64,000 nt of DNA from Octopus vulgaris (taxonomy: Eukaryota): positions 10,664,001 to 10,728,000 of the forward strand of contig CATOCA020000001.1 of NCBI GenBank assembly GCA_951406725.2. The letters are read 5' to 3'. Shown in pieces: positions 33,214-50,951 of the stretch; positions within the stretch are counted from its first letter, which is position 1; every line of letters begins with the position of its first letter. The notes beneath the pieces are model-generated. The model did no database searches. It was not told where the DNA came from and saw only the letters and a program-made list of their open reading frames with translations. The position numbers and the translations under genes were made by a program.

Positions 33214-33741
33214 AGAGAGAGAGGAGAGAGAGATAGAGAGAAAGAGAGAGTATGTCCCGAATTTAAGGCAATTGGGCTTAAATGACAATATATAAATGTG
33301 GTAAGTTGTGAAAATCATACAACATTATAAAAGTTTTGTGTCCCTTCCTTTTCTTTCAGACTAAAGAAATAAAGTTTTATTTATTAAGTAATGGCTACAG
33401 AACGAAATACAATCGTAAGCCACAGTAATACACAGGCACACACACATACATGAATATATATTTGTAAATAAATATATCCCTACATATATGCATACATACA
33501 TTCATAAATGGTTGCACACACCTAAACACTTGCACACAAATATACTACTTTTACTTGTTTCAGTCAGTTGACTGTGGCCATGCTGGAGCACCGCCTTTAA
33601 TCGAGCAAATCGACCCCGGGACTTATTCTTTTTGTAAGCCCGGTACTTATTCTATCGGTCTCTTTTTGCCGAACCGCTAAGTAACGGGGACGGAATCACA
33701 CCAGCATCGGTTGTCAAGTAATACTAGGGGAACAAACACAG

Positions 33742-33782
<41 letters not shown>

Positions 33783-34249
33783 ACAGGCTTCTTTCAGTTT
33801 CTGTCTACCAAATCCACTCACAAGGCATTGGACGGCCCGGGGCTATAGCAGAAAACTCTTGCCCAAGATGCCACGCAGTGGGACTGAACCCGGAACCATG
33901 TGGTTGGTTATATATGTATGTATTTGCTTGCTTTTTAAGTCTAGTAGTTATTCTATCGGGAGCTTTGGCCGAACCGCAAAGTTACGGGGACCTAAACACA
34001 ACAGCATTGGTTGTGAAGCGATAGTGCGTTGTTAAACGCTAGCACAAACACATATATACATCCGATGGGCTTCTTTCGGTCAGCCCGTGGCTATAGAATA
34101 AGACACTCGCCAAAGGTGCCACGCAGTGAGATTGAACTCAGAACAATATGGTAGGCAAGCAAGCTTCTCACCACACAGCCACGTGTCACTTTTCAGCTTT
34201 CTATATATGAATGTATATATTTGTATATATAAATATATTATGAGCACAA

Positions 34250-34354
<105 letters not shown>

Positions 34355-34620
34355 AGAGAGAGTGTGATAGATAGATATATATATACATACATACATGCGC
34401 ATATATATACACATACACAAACACAAAAAATCGAAACAGTCGCCCACACGCATGCACGGGCACACACACACATAGCCTCAATTACTGCTATGTCTTGATA
34501 ACCACATATCCTGTTGGTATTATTTATAGCTATTTGCTGGGAGCCTACATTCTGGGTTCGAATTCTATTAATGCCAACACTACTTTATCATTTCAGGGTT
34601 GACGAAATAACAAGGATGAA

Positions 34621-34734
<114 letters not shown>

Positions 34735-34794
34735 TATATATTTGCATGTATATATATATATATTTATATATATATATATATATATATTCATATA

Positions 34795-34842
<48 letters not shown>

Positions 34843-35293
34843 TACTTGCATGTATATAAATATATATATATACATACACATATACATACATATATATATA
34901 TGCACACACACATATATATATATATAAGTAAATATATAGATATATATATACACACATATATACATGTATATATATACACACACACATATATATATACATA
35001 TATATATATAAATAAATATATATATATATATATTGTTAAAATCATCATAGCATATTTCTAAGGAGTTGTTTTGCTGCTATTTCTAGCATTTAAATTGTCT
35101 TCCACAATGTCCTTCTTTGCTGGGAGCGAGTCAGACAGAGAGTGAGAAAGAGTCAAAAAGTGAGTGAGAATGAACATTGAACAGCTTTATAGAGAGGGGG
35201 ATTAGATAAACTAGATTGTCTACCTGTTTTGACTTAAGATTGACTTAAGGTTGTTTTAGAGTCAGATAATGGCTGCTATTTTCAGCATGGTGG

Positions 35294-35325
<32 letters not shown>

Positions 35326-35336
35326 TTAGTATATAA

Positions 35337-35378
<42 letters not shown>

Positions 35379-35394
35379 TTAAAAAAATGTTTTT

Positions 35395-36157
<763 letters not shown>

Positions 36158-36165
36158 TATGTATA

Positions 36166-36233
<68 letters not shown>

Positions 36234-36816
36234 CATACATATATATATATATAATGGAAATTTATTAAATAATTGTGAAATAGTCATAAAGATATTTACA
36301 AAAATTTATTAAGTAAGCACTTGTTGATAGTGTCTGTCGAAATATTAGCAACGTAGATGAGATCAGATCAAAGATCAATACCGGAGGTTTTATTGTACAA
36401 ATTCTGTGTCATTGATTCTTTTACTAGTTTTCATAAATCTACCTTTCTTTAGAGAATCAATTTATTTTTCATATAAAGAGCCCCCACCCTAGCTGGGGTA
36501 TGATCCACAGATTTGTAGCTCAAGATGTAAGCAGAGGAATATAGCTAACCTAGAGACACAACACGATGACTGTTGTTAGGTTTATTAGTGTCAAGAAGAA
36601 CATTCAGCTATAAATAATACTTTTACAATGTGTTTATATATTTTGGTAGTTCTGACTTTATGAATTCCTCCTAGCGTGTGGCATTTATGTATAGTAATGC
36701 CCTCTATATAATATAAAAAAATACATTTAAATGAAAAAGATGGTGGATTTTTCTCTTAAGACGCTTTTCACGCTAACTACTTGATAAATCTTATAAAGAT
36801 TTTATACTATCTCTAA

Positions 36817-36864
<48 letters not shown>

Positions 36865-37430
36865 GGAGTAAACACATAAATGTGAAACAAGGTGGAAAAA
36901 GAGTACTCAAATACCAGTGGTAGAGTAATATGCTTTATAAAGTATATATTATATATATATAGATAGATAGATAAATAGCTAGATGTATAGATATATGTGT
37001 ACATATATATATATGTATATATATATACTCTTTACTCTTTTACTCTTTTACTTGTTTCAGTCATTTGAGTGCGGCCATGCTGGAGCAACGCCTTTAGTCG
37101 AGCAAATCGACCCCGGGACTTAATCTTTGTAAGCCCAATACTTATTCTATCGGTCTGTTTTTCCAAACCGCTAAGTGACGGGGACGTAAACACACCAGAA
37201 TCGGTTGTAAAGCAATGCTAGGGGGACAAACACAGACACACAAAAATATACACACACACTTATACATATATACATATATACGACAGGCTTCTTTCAGTTT
37301 CCGTCTACGAAATCCACTCACAAGGCATTGGTCGGCCCGAGGCTATAGCAGAAGACACTTGCCCAAGATGCCACGCAGTGTGACTGAACCCGGAACCATG
37401 TAGTTTGTTAGCAAGCTACTTACCACACAA

Positions 37431-37475
<45 letters not shown>

Positions 37476-37550
37476 TAGATAGATAGATAGATAGATAGAT
37501 GTTTAGATATATAAGTATATATATATATATGTGCATATATATATATATAT

Positions 37551-37616
<66 letters not shown>

Positions 37617-37626
37617 GTATATATGT

Positions 37627-37672
<46 letters not shown>

Positions 37673-37797
37673 AATTGAGGGTAAAATTATCTGAGAGAAA
37701 TTTTCTTTAAGTAGTGGAAATGGCAAAAAAACTTTTTTTGGGGCTGCTATTTCTAGCAAGTTCAGTATGTGGCAAAGTAATTTATTTTACTAAGCCC

Positions 37798-37848
<51 letters not shown>

Positions 37849-38234
37849 GTCTCTATCTACTCGCTAACACTCACGCTACAATATACACACATATACCTTT
37901 AATCAAACATACATTCACCTACATGTATGTATGTACATGTATGTATGTATGTATGAATGTATGTATGTATGTATGAATGAATGTATGCATGTATGCATGT
38001 ATGTATGTATGTATGCATATTTATATATATATGTATGTATGTATGCACATTAATATACACATGTATTCCCTAGAGAACATTCTTTCTTTGTAGTTTGATC
38101 GTAGGTGATCTATTTCTAGCATATGGCTGTCCACATATTGGCTTTTAGCCCTTAATATACACATGTGTATATATATGAATATATATATGCATGTATATGT
38201 GTGTGTGTATGCATACATACATACATACATATAT

Positions 38235-38301
<67 letters not shown>

Positions 38302-38329
38302 TGTATGTATGCATACACACACATATATG

Positions 38330-38499
<170 letters not shown>

Positions 38500-39169
38500 A
38501 ATAATGAGGGAGATGAATTGAATATTAATTTAATTAATATCAATTTAAAACCAGTAGCCTAGCATAAAAAAGTCTGAAAAATCAGAGAAAATTCTAATAC
38601 ATGTGTATATTAAGGGCTAAAAACCACTATGTGGACAGCTATATGCTAGAAATAGATCACCTACTATCAAACTACAAAGAAAGAATATTCTCTAGGGAAC
38701 ATTCTTTCTTTGTAGTTTGATTGTAGGTGATCTTATCGACTGGTCCCCTCCCCGAAAATTTTCGGGCCTTGTGTATGTATGTATGCGTGAATGTATGTAT
38801 GTATGTATTACGTATGTATGTATGACCTATGTATATATGTTTCTGTGTGTGTATGTAAGATGCATGTATATATGTTTCTTATTGTGTATACATGCAATTA
38901 TGTATATTTCTATGTATGTATATGATTTGTATAAATGAAGAAAGTGAGAGAGGGCGGAAGAGAAGGAGAGAGACAGGAAAGATGAAAACTAAAAAATAGG
39001 ACTTCTTGGGAGTGATATATAAAATATTTATATATGTAAATAGAAAGAAACAAAACACTGATGAACATCAAAGTATATATATTTATGTGTGTGTGTGTGT
39101 GTGTGTGAATGTATCTACGTATATACGTATGTAAGTATACATATATTTATGTACATATATATGTATATA

Positions 39170-39226
<57 letters not shown>

Positions 39227-39234
39227 GTACATAT

Positions 39235-39318
<84 letters not shown>

Positions 39319-39355
39319 CATACATACGTACATATATATATAAATATATATATAT

Positions 39356-39401
<46 letters not shown>

Positions 39402-39846
39402 ATAATCAGTAATATGGTTATTGTTATGGCCAAGATAAAATGCTATAATTATCCCTAATTAATTAATTTCACCCTTTTATTATTACTGATAACTATATAT
39501 ATATATATATATATAAGGAGAGAGAGAGAGGGAGAGATAGAGAGAAAGAGAGAGTATGTCCCGAAATTAAGGCAATTGGGCTTAAATGAAATATATAAAT
39601 GTGGTAAGTTGTGAAAATCATACAACATTATAAAAGTTTTGTGTCCCTTCCTTTTCTTTCAGACTAAAGAAATAAAGTTTTATTTATTAAGTAATGGCTA
39701 CAGAACGAAATACAATCGTAAGCCACAGTAATACACAGGCTCACACACATACATGAATATATATTTGTAAATAAATATATCCCTACATATATGCATACAT
39801 ACATTCATAAATGGTTGCACACACCTAAACACTTGCACACAAATAT

Positions 39847-40051
39847 ACTCTTTTACTCTTTTACTTGTTTCAGTCAGTTGACTGCGGCCATGCTGGAGCA
39901 CCGCCTTTAGTCGAGCAAATCGACCCCGGGACTTATTCTTTTTGTAAGCGCGGTACTTATTCTATCGGTCTCTTTTTGCCGAACCGCTAAGTGACGGGGA
40001 CGGAATCACACCAGCATCGGTTGTCAAGCAATGCTAGGGGAACAAACACAG

Positions 40052-40086
<35 letters not shown>

Positions 40087-40641
40087 CGACAGGCTTCTTT
40101 CAGTTTCCGTCTACCAAATCCACTCACAAGGCCTTTGTCGGCCCGGGGCTATAGCAGAAGACACTTGCCCAAGATGCCACGCAGTGGACTGAACCCGGAA
40201 CCATGTGGTTGGTTAGCAAGCTACTTACCACACAGCCACTCCTGCGCCTATATATGCATATATATATACTCTTTTACTGTTTTACTTGTTTCAGTCATTT
40301 GACTGCGGCCATGCTGGAGCACCGTCTTTAGTCGAGCAAATCGACCCCGGAACTTATTCTTTGTAAGCCCAGTACTTATTCTATCGGTCTCTTTTGCTAA
40401 ACCGCTAAGTGACGGGGACGTGAACACACCAGCATCGGTTGTGAAGCAATGCTAGAGGGACGAACACAGATACACAAACATATATATATATATTTCAGTT
40501 TCCGTCAACCAAATCCACTCACAAGGCTTTGTTCGGCCCGAGGCTATAGTAAAGATACTTGCCCAAGATGCTACGCAGTGGGACTGAACCCGGAACTATG
40601 TGGTTGGTAAGCAAGCTACTTACCACACAGCCACTCCTGCG

Positions 40642-40643
<2 letters not shown>
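39847..40643 (-). mobile_element. Two tandem full-length tRNA/CORE-type SINEs
   Basis: Paralog of 24947-25745. Confidence 0.88.
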
Positions 40644-40677
<34 letters not shown>

Positions 40678-40699
40678 ATGTTACATTACTCGGTAGTCA

Positions 40700-40762
40700 A
40701 GATAAAACTCTGAGTTTCAGATGCCGAAGTGGAAATCCACAACACCATCTCTTCGGTTATCT
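40700..40762 (-). ncRNA. Hammerhead-like motif in Penelope 3' UTR, copy 2
   Basis: Identical to 25807-25869. Confidence 0.6.
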
Positions 40763-40956
40763 GGCTATTTGAAAACGTTATGAAAAAATACCGTTAAAAA
40801 TGAAGGGAAATTACTCTGTTATAACTCTGCTTTGCCTGCGTACTTATACATCGCTCGCATTTTTCGTCATAAAAATTATATAAAAATACATAAAAATATA
40901 TAAAAATATATAAAAATATATAAAATCTTCTTGGGACATAACACAGAAAGCATGTT

Positions 40957-42558
40957 CTATCCGTTTTCTTTAGGGGACCAAAAACGTAACAGAAATTTAG
41001 TCACATGTGGGCATGATCCGAAAAGCTCTGTCCTTGTATTTAGACATGTGGTAGGGTCTAAGCTGCTTTTCCAGATAAGCCATCTCTCCATGTCGCATAA
41101 ACCGCACCTTCCGCTGCCGTTAGTATAGGGCTTACATCTGGCCAAAATCTTCCATTGTATGTTATAATCGACACCTTTATCTCTTAAAGACCAAATATGA
41201 TTGGATAATTGTGTCGCTTTTCTTTTGTTCCAGTGCCTAAAGCTCAAAGTGTGGTTATTGAACCTGGCCTTGAAATTACCCTCTGTCAGGCCCACGTATT
41301 TCTTCGTCGAAACGGTGTCTTTAGTGGTTATAGAGTTTACGGTTGCTTCATATATGATGGTCTTGGACATGCAAGCTCCATTTAGCGGGCACAATTCTTT
41401 ATTCCTGCATGAACAGCTGTTTTCTTCTTGTGTTTTTTGTATGTTATGATTGATTATGTTTTTAAAATTGGTAGTTGAACTAAAACTAATTTTTAAATTG
41501 TGTCTATTGAAGAGTTTCCTATAAGCATGGTTAACTGGAAAATGTCTATCTATCAGTGCTAGGAAATATTTACCTATATTGAAGGCCACCTCGGGTGAGT
41601 AAGGGGGCGTAAACCAGATGACCTTCCTATTTCTATTATTCCTTTTCCTTATTGTTGGGCTGGTGATAGGTGTATATTTTATTTTTTCGCTAAAACCACT
41701 ATCTTTTAAAGCTTTATTATAAACTGGGGCAACGCTATTGAAGATGTCCTCATTAGATGAGAGGCTAGAAATCCTCTTACTAATATTTTTAACTAAATTT
41801 TTGAATACTATAGGGGGATGGCATGAACCTACATTAATATAACTTAGTCTATCATTGGGCTTCCTATAAGGCTTATAAATATTATTATTAAGATCTAAGG
41901 AAACGTCTAAGAAATTGACAACCGTCAGGTTAGTGTCTATAGTTATACTAAGTCCGAAGTGTTTCATTAACTGGATAATATCCTTCCTAAAACGATCTTG
42001 TGCTGGTCCATTTGTATTAGCTGTTAAGGCGAGGGCATCATCTTTGTAGATGGCAAAATGTACGTTAGGGAATGTCTTACTGAAGGTATCTAGGAGAAAG
42101 AGTCCAATTAGATCACAGATGCCTGCCCCATCATATGAACCCATGCTCACATCGAAAGCGCCCTCCGTGTCGGTGTTTTTTACCCACTTTGCATTCTCAC
42201 TGAAAAGTAATGTCTTTCTAGCATGGAAGATTATATCCTTATCATTGGTACTAATTTCTATGAAATCACTAGCGAAGATTAGGGCTTTATCTAGCAGTTC
42301 TTTAGAGATAGAGGCATAAAAATCAACAATATCGAATTGTGTAAACCTCGCTTTTTTCTTATTCTTAATAGCTTTAAACCAGTCTACGACTTCTATACTA
42401 TTGGACCATTGCACTAGCCTAGTATCGGTCTTAATTTTCGTATTTATTTTATCTAAAATTTCTTTGCTAATAATCCCTAGTTCTGACTTGGCTGGGTTGA
42501 TAAGCCTACATTTAGGATTGGAAAGGAAGTTTTCTTTGTGGTCTTTAATAGTAATAAA
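40957..42558 (-). CDS. Penelope-like RT / GIY-YIG polyprotein, copy 2 (5'-truncated)
   Basis: 485-aa translation identical to that of 26064..27521. Confidence 0.92.
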   Translation of the reverse strand, partial: FITIKDHKENFLSNPKCRLINPAKSELGIISKEILDKINTKIKTDTRLVQWSNSIEVVDWFKAIKNKKKARFTQFDIVDFYASISKELLDKALIFASDFIEISTNDKDIIFHARKTLLFSENAKWVKNTDTEGAFDVSMGSYDGAGICDLIGLFLLDTFSKTFPNVHFAIYKDDALALTANTNGPAQDRFRKDIIQLMKHFGLSITIDTNLTVVNFLDVSLDLNNNIYKPYRKPNDRLSYINVGSCHPPIVFKNLVKNISKRISSLSSNEDIFNSVAPVYNKALKDSGFSEKIKYTPITSPTIRKRNNRNRKVIWFTPPYSPEVAFNIGKYFLALIDRHFPVNHAYRKLFNRHNLKISFSSTTNFKNIINHNIQKTQEENSCSCRNKELCPLNGACMSKTIIYEATVNSITTKDTVSTKKYVGLTEGNFKARFNNHTLSFRHWNKRKATQLSNHIWSLRDKGVDYNIQWKILARCKPYTNGSGRCGLCDMERWLIWKSSLDPTTCLNTRTELFGSCPHVTKFLLRFWSPKENG

Positions 42559-42980
42559 GATTTTATATATTTTTATATATTTTTATATATTTTTATATAT
42601 GTATATATATATGTATGTATATGTGCGTATATATGTATGTATTTGCTTGCTTTTTAAGTCTAGTAGTTATTCTATCGGGAGCTTTTGCCGAACCGCAAAG
42701 TTACGGGGACCTAAACACAACAGCATTGGTTGTGAAGCGATAGTGCGTTGTTAAACGCTAGCACAAACACATATATATACATCCGATGGGCTTCTTTCGG
42801 TCAGCCCGTGGCTATAGAATAAGACACTCGCCAAAGGTGCCACGCAGTGAGATTGAACTCAGAACAATATGGTAGGTAAGCAAGCTTCTCACCACACAGC
42901 CACGTGTCACTTTTCAGCTTTCTATATATGAATGTATATATTTGTATATATAAATATATTATGAGCACAAGTACATCGGG

Positions 42981-43060
<80 letters not shown>

Positions 43061-43327
43061 GGGAGAGAGTGTGATAGATAGATATATATATACATACATA
43101 CATGCGCATATATATACACATACACAAACACAAAAAATCGAAACAGTCGCCCACACGCATGCACGGGCACACACACACATAGCCTCAATTACTGCTATGT
43201 CTTGATAACCACATATCCTGTTGGTATTATTTATAGCTATTTGCTGGGAGCCTACATTCTGGGTTCGAATTCTATTAATGCCAACACTACTTTATCATTT
43301 CAGGGTTGACGAAATAACAAGGATGAA

Positions 43328-43445
<118 letters not shown>

Positions 43446-43456
43446 TATATATTTGC

Positions 43457-43494
<38 letters not shown>

Positions 43495-44016
43495 GTATAT
43501 ATATATATATATATATTCATATATACATACATATATACATATATATATATATACACACATATATACTTGCATGTATATAAATATATATATATATACATAC
43601 ACATATACATACATATATATATATGCACACACACATATATATATATATAAGTAAATATATAGATATATATATACACACATATATACATGTATATATATAC
43701 ACACACACATATATATATACATATATATATATAAATAAATATATATATATATATATTGTTAAAATCATCATAGCATATTTCTAAGGAGTTGTTTTGCTGC
43801 TATTTCTAGCATTTAAATTGTCTTCCACAATGTCCTTCTTTGCTGGGAGCGAGTCAGACAGAGAGTGAGAAAGAGTCAAAAAGTGAGTGAGAATGAACAT
43901 TGAACAGCTTTATAGAGAGGGGGATTAGATAAACTAGATTGTCTACCTGTTTTGACTTAAGATTGACTTAAGGTTGTTTTAGAGTCAGATAATGGCTGCT
44001 ATTTTCAGCATGGTGG

Positions 44017-44048
<32 letters not shown>

Positions 44049-44059
44049 TTAGTATATAA

Positions 44060-44107
<48 letters not shown>

Positions 44108-44122
44108 ATAAAAAATGTTTTT

Positions 44123-44943
<821 letters not shown>

Positions 44944-45527
44944 CATACATATATATATATATAATGGAAATTTATTAAATAATTGTGAAATAGTCATAAA
45001 GATATTTACAAAAATTTATTAAGTAAGCACTTGTTGATAGTGTCTGTCGAAATATTAGCAACGTAGATGAGATCAGATCAAAGATCAATACCGGAGGTTT
45101 TATTGTACAAATTCTGTGTCATTGATTCTTTTACTAGTTTTCATAAATCTACCTTTCTTTAGAGAATCAATTTATTTTTCATATAAAGAGCCCCCACCCT
45201 AGCTGGGGTATGATCCACAGATTTGTAGCTCAAGATGTAAGCAGAGGAATATAGCTAACCTAGAGACACAACACGATGACTGTTGTTAGGTTTATTAGTG
45301 TCAAGAAGAACATTCAGCTATAAATAATACTTTTACAATGTGTTTATATATTTTGGTAGTTCTGACTTTATGAATTCCTCCTAGCGTGTGGCATTTATGT
45401 ATAGTAATGCCCTCTATATAATATAAAAAAATACATTTAAATGAAAAAAATGGTGGATTTTTCTCTTATGACGCTTTTCACGCTAACTACTTGATAAATC
45501 CTTATAAAGATTTTATACTATCTCTAA

Positions 45528-45588
<61 letters not shown>

Positions 45589-46149
45589 CCGGAGTAAACA
45601 CATAAATGTGAAACAAGGTGGAAAAAAAGAGTACTCAAATACCAGTGGTAGAGTAATATGCTTTATAAAGTATATATTATATATATATAGATAGATAGAT
45701 AGCTAGATGTATAGATATATGTGTACATATATATATATGTATATATATATACTCTTTACTCTTTTACTCTTTTACTTGTTTCAGTCATTTGAGTGCGGCC
45801 ATGCTGGAGCAACGCCTTTAGTCGAGCAAATCGACCCCGGGACTTAATCTTTGTAAGCCCAATACTTATTCTATCGGTCTGTTTTTCCAAACCGCTAAGT
45901 GACGGGGACGTAAACACACCAGAATCGGTTGTAAAGCAATGCTAGGGGGACAAACACAGACACACAAACATATACACACACACTTATACATATATACATA
46001 TATACGACAGGCTTCTTTCAGTTTCCGTCTACGAAATCCACTCACAAGGCATTGGTCGGCCCGAGGCTATAGCAGAAGACACTTGCCCAAGATGCCACGC
46101 AGTGTGACTGAACCCGGAACCATGTAGTTTGTTAGCAAGCTACTTACAC

Positions 46150-46225
<76 letters not shown>

Positions 46226-46268
46226 TATAAGTATATATATATATATGTGTATATATATATATATATAT

Positions 46269-46334
<66 letters not shown>

Positions 46335-46344
46335 GTATATATGT

Positions 46345-46388
<44 letters not shown>

Positions 46389-46516
46389 AATTGAGGGTAA
46401 AATTATCTGAGAGAAATTTTCTTTAAGTAGTGGAAATGGCAAAAAAACTTTTTTTGGGCTGCTATTTCTAGCAAGTTCAGTATGTGGCAAAGTAATTTAT
46501 TTTACTAAGCCCTAAT

Positions 46517-46577
<61 letters not shown>

Positions 46578-46960
46578 GTCTCTATCTACTCGCTAACACT
46601 CACGCTACAATATACACACATATACCTTTAATCAAACATACATTCACCCTACATGTATGTATGTATGTATGTATGTATGAATGTATGTATGTATGTATGA
46701 ATGAATGTATGCATGTATGCATGTATGTATGTATGTATGCATATTTATATATATATGTATGTATGTATGCACATTAATATACACATGTATTCCCTAGAGA
46801 ACATTCTTTCTTTGTAGTTTGATCGTAGGTGATCTATTTCTAGCATATGGCTGTCCACATAGTGGCTTTTAGCCCTTAATATACACATGTGTATATATAT
46901 GAATATATATATGCATGTATATGTGTGTGTGTGTATGCATACATACATACATACATACAT

Positions 46961-47027
<67 letters not shown>

Positions 47028-47047
47028 TGCATACACACACATATATG

Positions 47048-47221
<174 letters not shown>

Positions 47222-47782
47222 AATAATGAGGGAGATGAATTGAATATTAATTTAATTAATATCAATTTAAAACCAGTAGCCTAGCATAAAAAAGTCTGAA
47301 AAATCAGAGAAAATTCTAATACATGTGTATATTAAGGGCTAAAAACCACTATGTGGACAGCTATATGCTAGAAATAGATCACCTACTATCAAACTACAAA
47401 GAAAGAATATTCTCTAGGGAACATTCTTTCTTTGTAGTTTGATTGTAGGTGATCTTATCGACTGGTCCCCTCCCCGAAAATTTTCGGGCCTTTGTGTATG
47501 TATGTATGTATGTATGTATGTATGTATGTATGATCTATGTATATATGTTTCTGTGTGTGTATGTAAGATGCATGTATATATGTTTCTTATTGTGTATACA
47601 TGCAATTATGTATATTTCTATGTATGTATATGATTTGTATAAATGAAGAAAGTGAGAGAGGGCGGAAGAGAAGGAGAGAGACAGGAAAGATGAAAACTAA
47701 AAAAATAGGACTTCTTGGGAGTGATATATAAAATATTTATATATGTAAATAGAAAGAAACAAAACACTGATGAACATCCAAG

Positions 47783-47814
<32 letters not shown>

Positions 47815-47876
47815 AATGTATCTACGTATATACGTATGTAAATATATATATATTTATGTACATATATATGTATATA

Positions 47877-47929
<53 letters not shown>

Positions 47930-47940
47930 TACATATATAT

Positions 47941-47973
<33 letters not shown>

Positions 47974-48015
47974 CATACATACATACGTATATATATATAT
48001 AAATATATATATATT

Positions 48016-48059
<44 letters not shown>

Positions 48060-48388
48060 AGAGAGAGAGAGAGAGAGATAGAGAGAAAGAGAGAGTGTGT
48101 CCCGAATTTAAGGCAATTGGGCTTAAATGACAATATATAAATGTGGTAAGTTGTGAAAATCATACAACATTATAAAAGTTTTGTGTCCCTTCCTTTTCTT
48201 TCAGACTAAAGAAATAAAGTTTTATTTATTAAGTAATGGCTACAGAACGAAATACAATCGTAAGCCACAGTAATACACAGGCACACACACATACATGAAT
48301 ATATATTTGTAAATAAATATATCCCTACATATATGCATACATACATTCATAAATGGTTGCACACACCTAAACACTTGCACACAAATAT

Positions 48389-48595
48389 ACTCTTTTACTC
48401 TTTTACTTGTTTCAGTCAGTTGACTGTGGCCATGCTGGAGCACCGCCTTTAGTCGAGCAAATCGACCCCGGGACTTATTCTTTTTGTAAGCCCGGTACTT
48501 ATTCTATCGGTCTCTTTTTGCCGAACCGCTAAGTGACGGGGACGGAATCACACCAGCATCGGTTGTCAAGCAATGCTAGGGGAACAAACACAGAT

Positions 48596-48634
<39 letters not shown>

Positions 48635-49190
48635 CGACAGGCTTCTTTCAGTTTCCGTCTACAAAATCCACTCACAAGGCATTGGTCGGCCCGGGGCTAT
48701 AGCAGAAGACACTTGCCCAAGATGCCACGCAGTGGGACTGAACCCGGAACCATGTGGTTGGTTAGCAAGCTACTTACCACACAGCCACTCCTGCGCCTAT
48801 ATATGCATATATATATACTCTTTTACTGTTTTACTTGTTTCAGTCATTTGACTGCGGCCATGCTGGAGCACCACCTTTAGTCGAGCAAATCGACCCCGGA
48901 ACTTATTCTTTGTAAGCCCAGTACTTATTCTATCGGTCTCTTTTGCCGAACCGCTAAGTGACGGGGACGTGAACACACCAGCATCGGTTGTGAAGCAATG
49001 CTAGAGGGACGAACACAGATACACAAACATATATATATATATTTCAGTTTCCGTCAACCAAATCCACTCACAAGGCTTTGTTCGGCCCGAGGCTATAGTA
49101 AAGACACTTGCCCAAGATGCTACGCAGTGGGACTGAACCCGGAACTATGTGGTTGGTAAGCAAGCTACTTACCACACAGCCACTCCTGCG
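48389..49190 (-). mobile_element. Two tandem full-length SINEs of the terminal partial unit, not followed by Penelope
   Basis: Paralog of 24947-25745, followed by (TA)n and unrelated sequence. Confidence 0.88.
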
Positions 49191-49192
49191 CT

Positions 49193-49252
<60 letters not shown>

Positions 49253-49317
49253 AAAGAGAGATGAAGGGATATATATATATATATATACAAACATACATAC
49301 AGACATACATACACACA

Positions 49318-49390
<73 letters not shown>

Positions 49391-49425
49391 ACACAAATAT
49401 ATGCACACAAAAATCCATACACACA

Positions 49426-49508
<83 letters not shown>

Positions 49509-49711
49509 ATGAGCATGCATATTTGTCCATATATATACCTACCTATACATCTATATATATAAATGCAGACATGTAATTATGTGTGTATAACCTTGGCAAT
49601 AATAGTGATTACTTGTATGTAAAAATGTCTGACCTGATTTTTTGACTAAGAAGCCTGCAGTCGTTAATGTTAAGTCAAGTGTGACTCATTGCAACATTCT
49701 ACACACACACT

Positions 49712-49744
<33 letters not shown>

Positions 49745-49817
49745 ACAATACACTAACACAGGTAAACACACAGGTGACTCAGACCAACAATTACTGCTAT
49801 ATCCTGCCCACCCAAAG

Positions 49818-50552
49818 GTGGCGAGCTGCAGAAACTTTAGCGCGCCGGGCGAAATGCGTAGCCGTATTTCGTCGCCGCTAAGTACTGAGTTCAAATTCCG
49901 CCGAGGTCGACTTTGCCTTTCATCCTTTCGGGATGGGTAAATTAAGTACCAGTTACGCACTGGGGTCGATGTAATCGACTTAATCTGTTTGTCTGTCCTT
50001 GTTTGTCACCTCTATGTTTAGCCCTTTGTGGATATTAAGGAAACAGATATTTTGCCCGTCGATATGTTTCGAGTTCAAATTCAGCCGAGAATTTCCCTTT
50101 CATTAGTACGGGGTCGATAAATAATTACCAGTTACGCACTGGGGGATCGATATAATCGACGTAATCGGTTTGTCTGTCATTGTCTGTCCCCTCTATGTTT
50201 AGCCCTTGTGGGTAATAAAGCAGATATTTGCGTCGATATCAGTTCAAATTACCGAGGTCACGCTTTCATTATACGGGTCGATAAATTAATTACCAGTTAC
50301 GCACTGGGGGATCGATATAATCGACGTAATCGGTTTGTCTGTCATTGTCTGTCCCCTCTATGTTTAGCCCCTTGTGGGTAATAAAGAAACAGATATTTTG
50401 CCCGTCGATACATTTTGAGTTCAAATTCAGCCGAGGTCAACTTTGCCTTTCATCATTTCGGGGTCGATAAATTAAGTACCAGTCAAAGAATGAAGGTCGA
50501 TGCATTCGACTTGTCCCCTCCCCCAAATTTCACGCCTTGTGCCTATTGTAGA
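49818..50552 (+). mobile_element. Nin/Deu-domain-like SINE cluster, about four partial tandem copies
   Basis: Repeated GAGTTCAAATTC..CCGAGGTCGACTTTGCCTTTCATCCTTTCGGGGTCGATAAATTAAGTACCAG motif (Nin/DeuSINE-like central domain, recognised from memory). Confidence 0.7.
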
Positions 50553-50622
50553 ACTATATATCTTGTATCAATGGGTTTTTATTCACTTTCTCTATTCCTC
50601 ACTCACTCTTTATATACACACA

Positions 50623-50704
<82 letters not shown>

Positions 50705-50910
50705 CGGCCTGGAACACACAAGTGCAAACAAGGGAGACAGAGAAAGGCAGAATGCCACTTATATTTGAACTCTATACAAACATTCCTTTAAAAAAACTTT
50801 CTTAATTTAATTATTTAATCGTTACAGTTGTAAAGGTCTCAAAATGACCGAAACCTGTACTGAAATGTCCTTTATAAAATTATTTTAGCATTTTCTATTT
50901 TGACTTGTTT

Positions 50911-50949
<39 letters not shown>

Positions 50950-50951
50950 TT

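Larger units (their letters stand above)
40674..42600 (-). mobile_element. Second copy of the Penelope-like (Naiad-like) element
   Basis: Offset 14893 bp from the first copy; same junctions and same protein. Confidence 0.92.

Noticed and set aside
49818-50552. CRISPR-like or satellite array
   Set aside because: The repeats are long degenerate SINE domains with no unique spacers, in a eukaryotic context.
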